The notes below the pieces were generated by a model. It made no database searches and had not been told where the DNA came from. It saw only the letters and a list, made by a program, of their open reading frames with translations. From contig NC_067400.1 of assembly GCF_016432865.1 (NCBI RefSeq), forward strand, positions 518,816,001 through 518,880,000: 64,000 nucleotides of DNA, read 5' to 3'. Position 1 is the stretch's first letter. Each line of letters begins with the position of its first letter. This DNA is from Antechinus flavipes (lineage: Eukaryota). A program made the position numbers and the translations under genes. Of the stretch, positions 60,737 through 64,000 are shown piece by piece.

Positions 60737-63700
60737 ACTGGTGACATTGATGGAATTGGCTCAAATGTGTCTGGTCAGGATGGGATATTCCTATGGGAAA
60801 GGGGAACAATCTTTGATTCAGGACCGCCTGGAAAAGAAAGAAGGACCAAAAAGGATTTTGTCAAGAATGTCATATTTAATGTATGAGAGTTAACAGTACC
60901 CAAATATGTTGTGCCTTAAGACCTTGAGCAACATGAGACTCCCTGGAGGTACACTAACATAGGGAAGGACAATCAGAAAGATGGAGAAAGCTACCAAGGA
61001 GTCTCAGCAGGGAGTGTTGTGGTCAATAACAAGTACTGATGCTATCAATCAATTAAACAAAATTATTCTTACTTGCAAAATACATCACTTAGCATAGCCA
61101 GGACGCTAAAGTAATAAGAGCTTTCTCTGATGCTCAGGGACCTAATTGCCTCTTTCTCCTTAGCTCTACCCCATTGTGGGGTAGATCTGTCTTCTAGTCT
61201 GAGTAATTCACACATAAAAAACCTTGAGCAAGCTCTTGGCTCAGCCCCCATCCCAGCCCCAACTACCTCCTTTCATTAAATTCAATCAAGTATTTCTTAA
61301 GCACCTACTACAAATGCTAGAAACATAGATACAGAAGGAATTAGTATGTGCTTCATTGATTCACTTGCCAAAAATTTTATTGAAATTTTTATCATAATAT
61401 TAGAAATTAATAAAGTAACATCAGTGAATCCAGCACAATAGCACCCCCTCCTCTTCTTGTCTGTGGGCGTTTCCCTTCTAGCTGTCCTCACAAGAATCTG
61501 CAAGGTAATTATCCCAGAGCTTTTCCACTCAGACTTCTCAGGTGGTCAATGTTCAGTCTCTTGGTATGATACAGGAACTCAGAGAATGCATCTAACACAA
61601 AAATGTAGACACTGAAAACTGACTGCAGCTGGATTTGAGATTTTTGTCTGTCTCTGTCTATCCCTCCATCTCTCTGTTTCTGTTTCTCCGCCCGCCCCTT
61701 CTTTCTCTCTTTTTCCCTCCATTTCTCAAATTTCTACCTATTCTTTAAGTGCATTCATTTAATTCTTTATATTCCCTTTCCCATCAGCAAGCATGAAGAA
61801 CTCCTAGGGCACAAAAAGCCTGAATCTTGTAGCACTACAAAACTGGTAGGCAAGAAAAAAAAGCACATGTTTATTTGGGTACCATTCCCAGAAGATTTTA
61901 TTCATCCTCAACTCCAATACATACCAATATCCCATCCCTACCAGATACAGGTAAAAAGATTTTAGCTATACTAGCTCAGAGGCAGTCTGCTAGTCATCCA
62001 TAATATCCATAGCATCAAGGAAAATGCCTGTCACTTAGTTGTCATAATCTCATTTTCTCTTTCACCTTGAAAATTCTACACTACTACCAACAACCCAACA
62101 GCCAATCTTAACCAATATAATTTATCTTTAAATCTCCCCAGGTGAATATATCCTACAGATTATGACCCATGCCCAGGTGATTTTGTCTCTACTGGCCAGG
62201 GTCCACATTTTACAAAGAGTCTCATCTCTTAGAGTTTTCTGTTTCCTCTCATTTGCCTTCCTAAGGGCTCAGTGAACACTGGTCTATTAGAGCTGATTGA
62301 AAAACACTAGGCTAGAAGTCTATACTAGCCTGCTTTTCACAGGCAAGCTACAAGAAGCCTCAAACAGGGAGGCATACTGGTGTCCTCATAAAGGCTAACA
62401 GTTGTTACCTTCCTGTCCTACAGCTCAATTTCCCTACCCTCCTCTTTAAAGGAGGAGAAGAAGAAAGAAAAAAGAAAGAAGAATAAGAAAAGAAGAAGAA
62501 TAAGTAAAAGAAGAAGAAAAGAATCTCCCACTTATTGAGGCACCTGGATGGTGCAGTGAATAAAGCAGTGGTCCTAGAGTCAAGAAGATCTGTATTCAAA
62601 TCCAACCATAGACACTTTTCTAGCTCTGTGACCCTTAGCAAGTCATGTTACAACCTCTGTCTTCCTTAGTTTCCCCAGCTGTACAATGGAATTGGAAATA
62701 ATACCTTCCTCCCAGTGGCACTTTAAGGGTGAAATGAGATAATATTTGTAAAGTGCTTATGGTGCCTGGCACATAGTAGTCACTTAATAAATGTTTATTT
62801 CCGTCATTCCATTGGACCAGCCAAGTTCTTAATGAATTCATGGACAGAAGACCCAAGGGAATTTCTGGTCATTATTGATGGCCTGCATGAGTTCCATGAG
62901 GAATAGGACCAAGGAGGGAGGGGCTCAGCAGCTGCTGATTTCTGTCTGATATTCCTGGAAACCATATTTAAAAAATAATTCACATTTCTTTTTAGCTCTT
63001 TAAGTTTTACAGAATGCTTTCTCTTTGGCATCCCAGTGATATATAAGTAGGATAAGTTATTCCCATTTTACAGAAGAAGGAAAAAAATAAAGCTTGATGA
63101 GAGAACGGGGTCAGAAGGAGGAAATGGAGTGAAATCCAGGGTTGTGGGACAATCTGACAGAAAGAGAAGAACACTAAGCAGAGTAAGAATACTAACTCTG
63201 ATACTTCAAAAATCAAGTCTTCCTCTCCCAGCCTATTCTGTAAAATGGAAATAAAACCACTCACCATAGTTGTAAGAAAGTATTTGTAAACCTTAAAACA
63301 TTATTAAAATTATGAGCCTCTCTTATCACAGGAAGAAAAAAATAAAGCACTTATTAAGCACCTACTATTTGCCAGGCATGGTGATAAGCACTTTAAAAAT
63401 AATTATCTCATTTGATCCTCACAAGTACCCTGAGAGGGAGGGGCTATTATGACCTCCATTTTACAATTAAAGAAACTGAGCTGGACAGAGCTTAAGTGGT
63501 TTGCTTACACCATAGTACTAGTAAGTGGATTTGAACTCAGGTCTTCCTGACTTTATACACATTACACTACGCTCTGTATTGCCTTACTGCCCCCAAAGAA
63601 GAGCTAAAAGGTAGGATAGGTGACTAGCCAGGAACAATGGAGTAGGAGCAGAACAAGACTATGGATATGGAAGCTACAGAACAAAATCATCTCAGAGCTA

Positions 63701-64000
63701 GAAAGACCCTTAGAGGTCATCTAGTACAGACCTGAACAGGACTATTTTCTATACCTTCTCTGGGTGGTATCCCCTCTAGGCTGACTCTCCAAACCACCAT
63801 CCACACTACTGTTGACAATTTTTCCCCTCAGCATTCTAAGGATAACCCTCATGAGTTCACATTTGGTGTGCTCTTCTATAATATCAATTAACTAGTTGAT
63901 ATTTCCCTGTCCTTAACCCTGTCTGCCTCAGCTTCTCCATCTATAAAATGAGTTGGAGAAGGAAATAGTATACTCCAGTATCTTTCCTAAGAAAACCACA

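Noticed and set aside
60760-64000. 3' end of a neighbouring gene (SERPINH1 expected from human synteny)
   Set aside because: No serpin C-terminal coding sequence (RDEL) recognised on either strand; the region is mostly SINE and L2 debris.

Overview
Mammalian genomic DNA, AT-rich and repeat-dense, with four assembly N-gaps. The repeat content (MAR1, WSINE1, RTE-derived SINEs, marsupial L1 3' ends, an OC1-type hAT MITE) indicates a marsupial, most likely a dasyurid such as the Tasmanian devil; that is an inference. The only protein-coding gene I can support is the 3' part of MAP6 (STOP) on the + strand: exon 2 at 34671-34884, exon 3 at 41914-42116 and exon 4 CDS at 60431-60677, with consistent splice phases (2, 0, 2). 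Exon 1 lies upstream of the window, so 1-34670 is intron 1. The exon 3 donor overlaps a TAA (GA|GTAA), which gives the short E-STOP-type C-terminus when unspliced. Exon 4 encodes only 81 aa and lacks the long eutherian 11-aa repeat array. The rest is L1, L2, L3/CR1, RTE, CORE-SINEs, hAT MITEs and simple repeats. I see no prokaryote-style system (CRISPR, operon, RNA gene). The most unusual non-coding observations are a ~480-bp inverted duplication interrupted by a TSD-flanked L1, a local duplication with an expanded A-tract, a paired RFX X-box-like site, and a poly(A)/CPE/G-quadruplex cluster behind exon 3. Repeat boundaries are approximate and were called by eye, without database searches.
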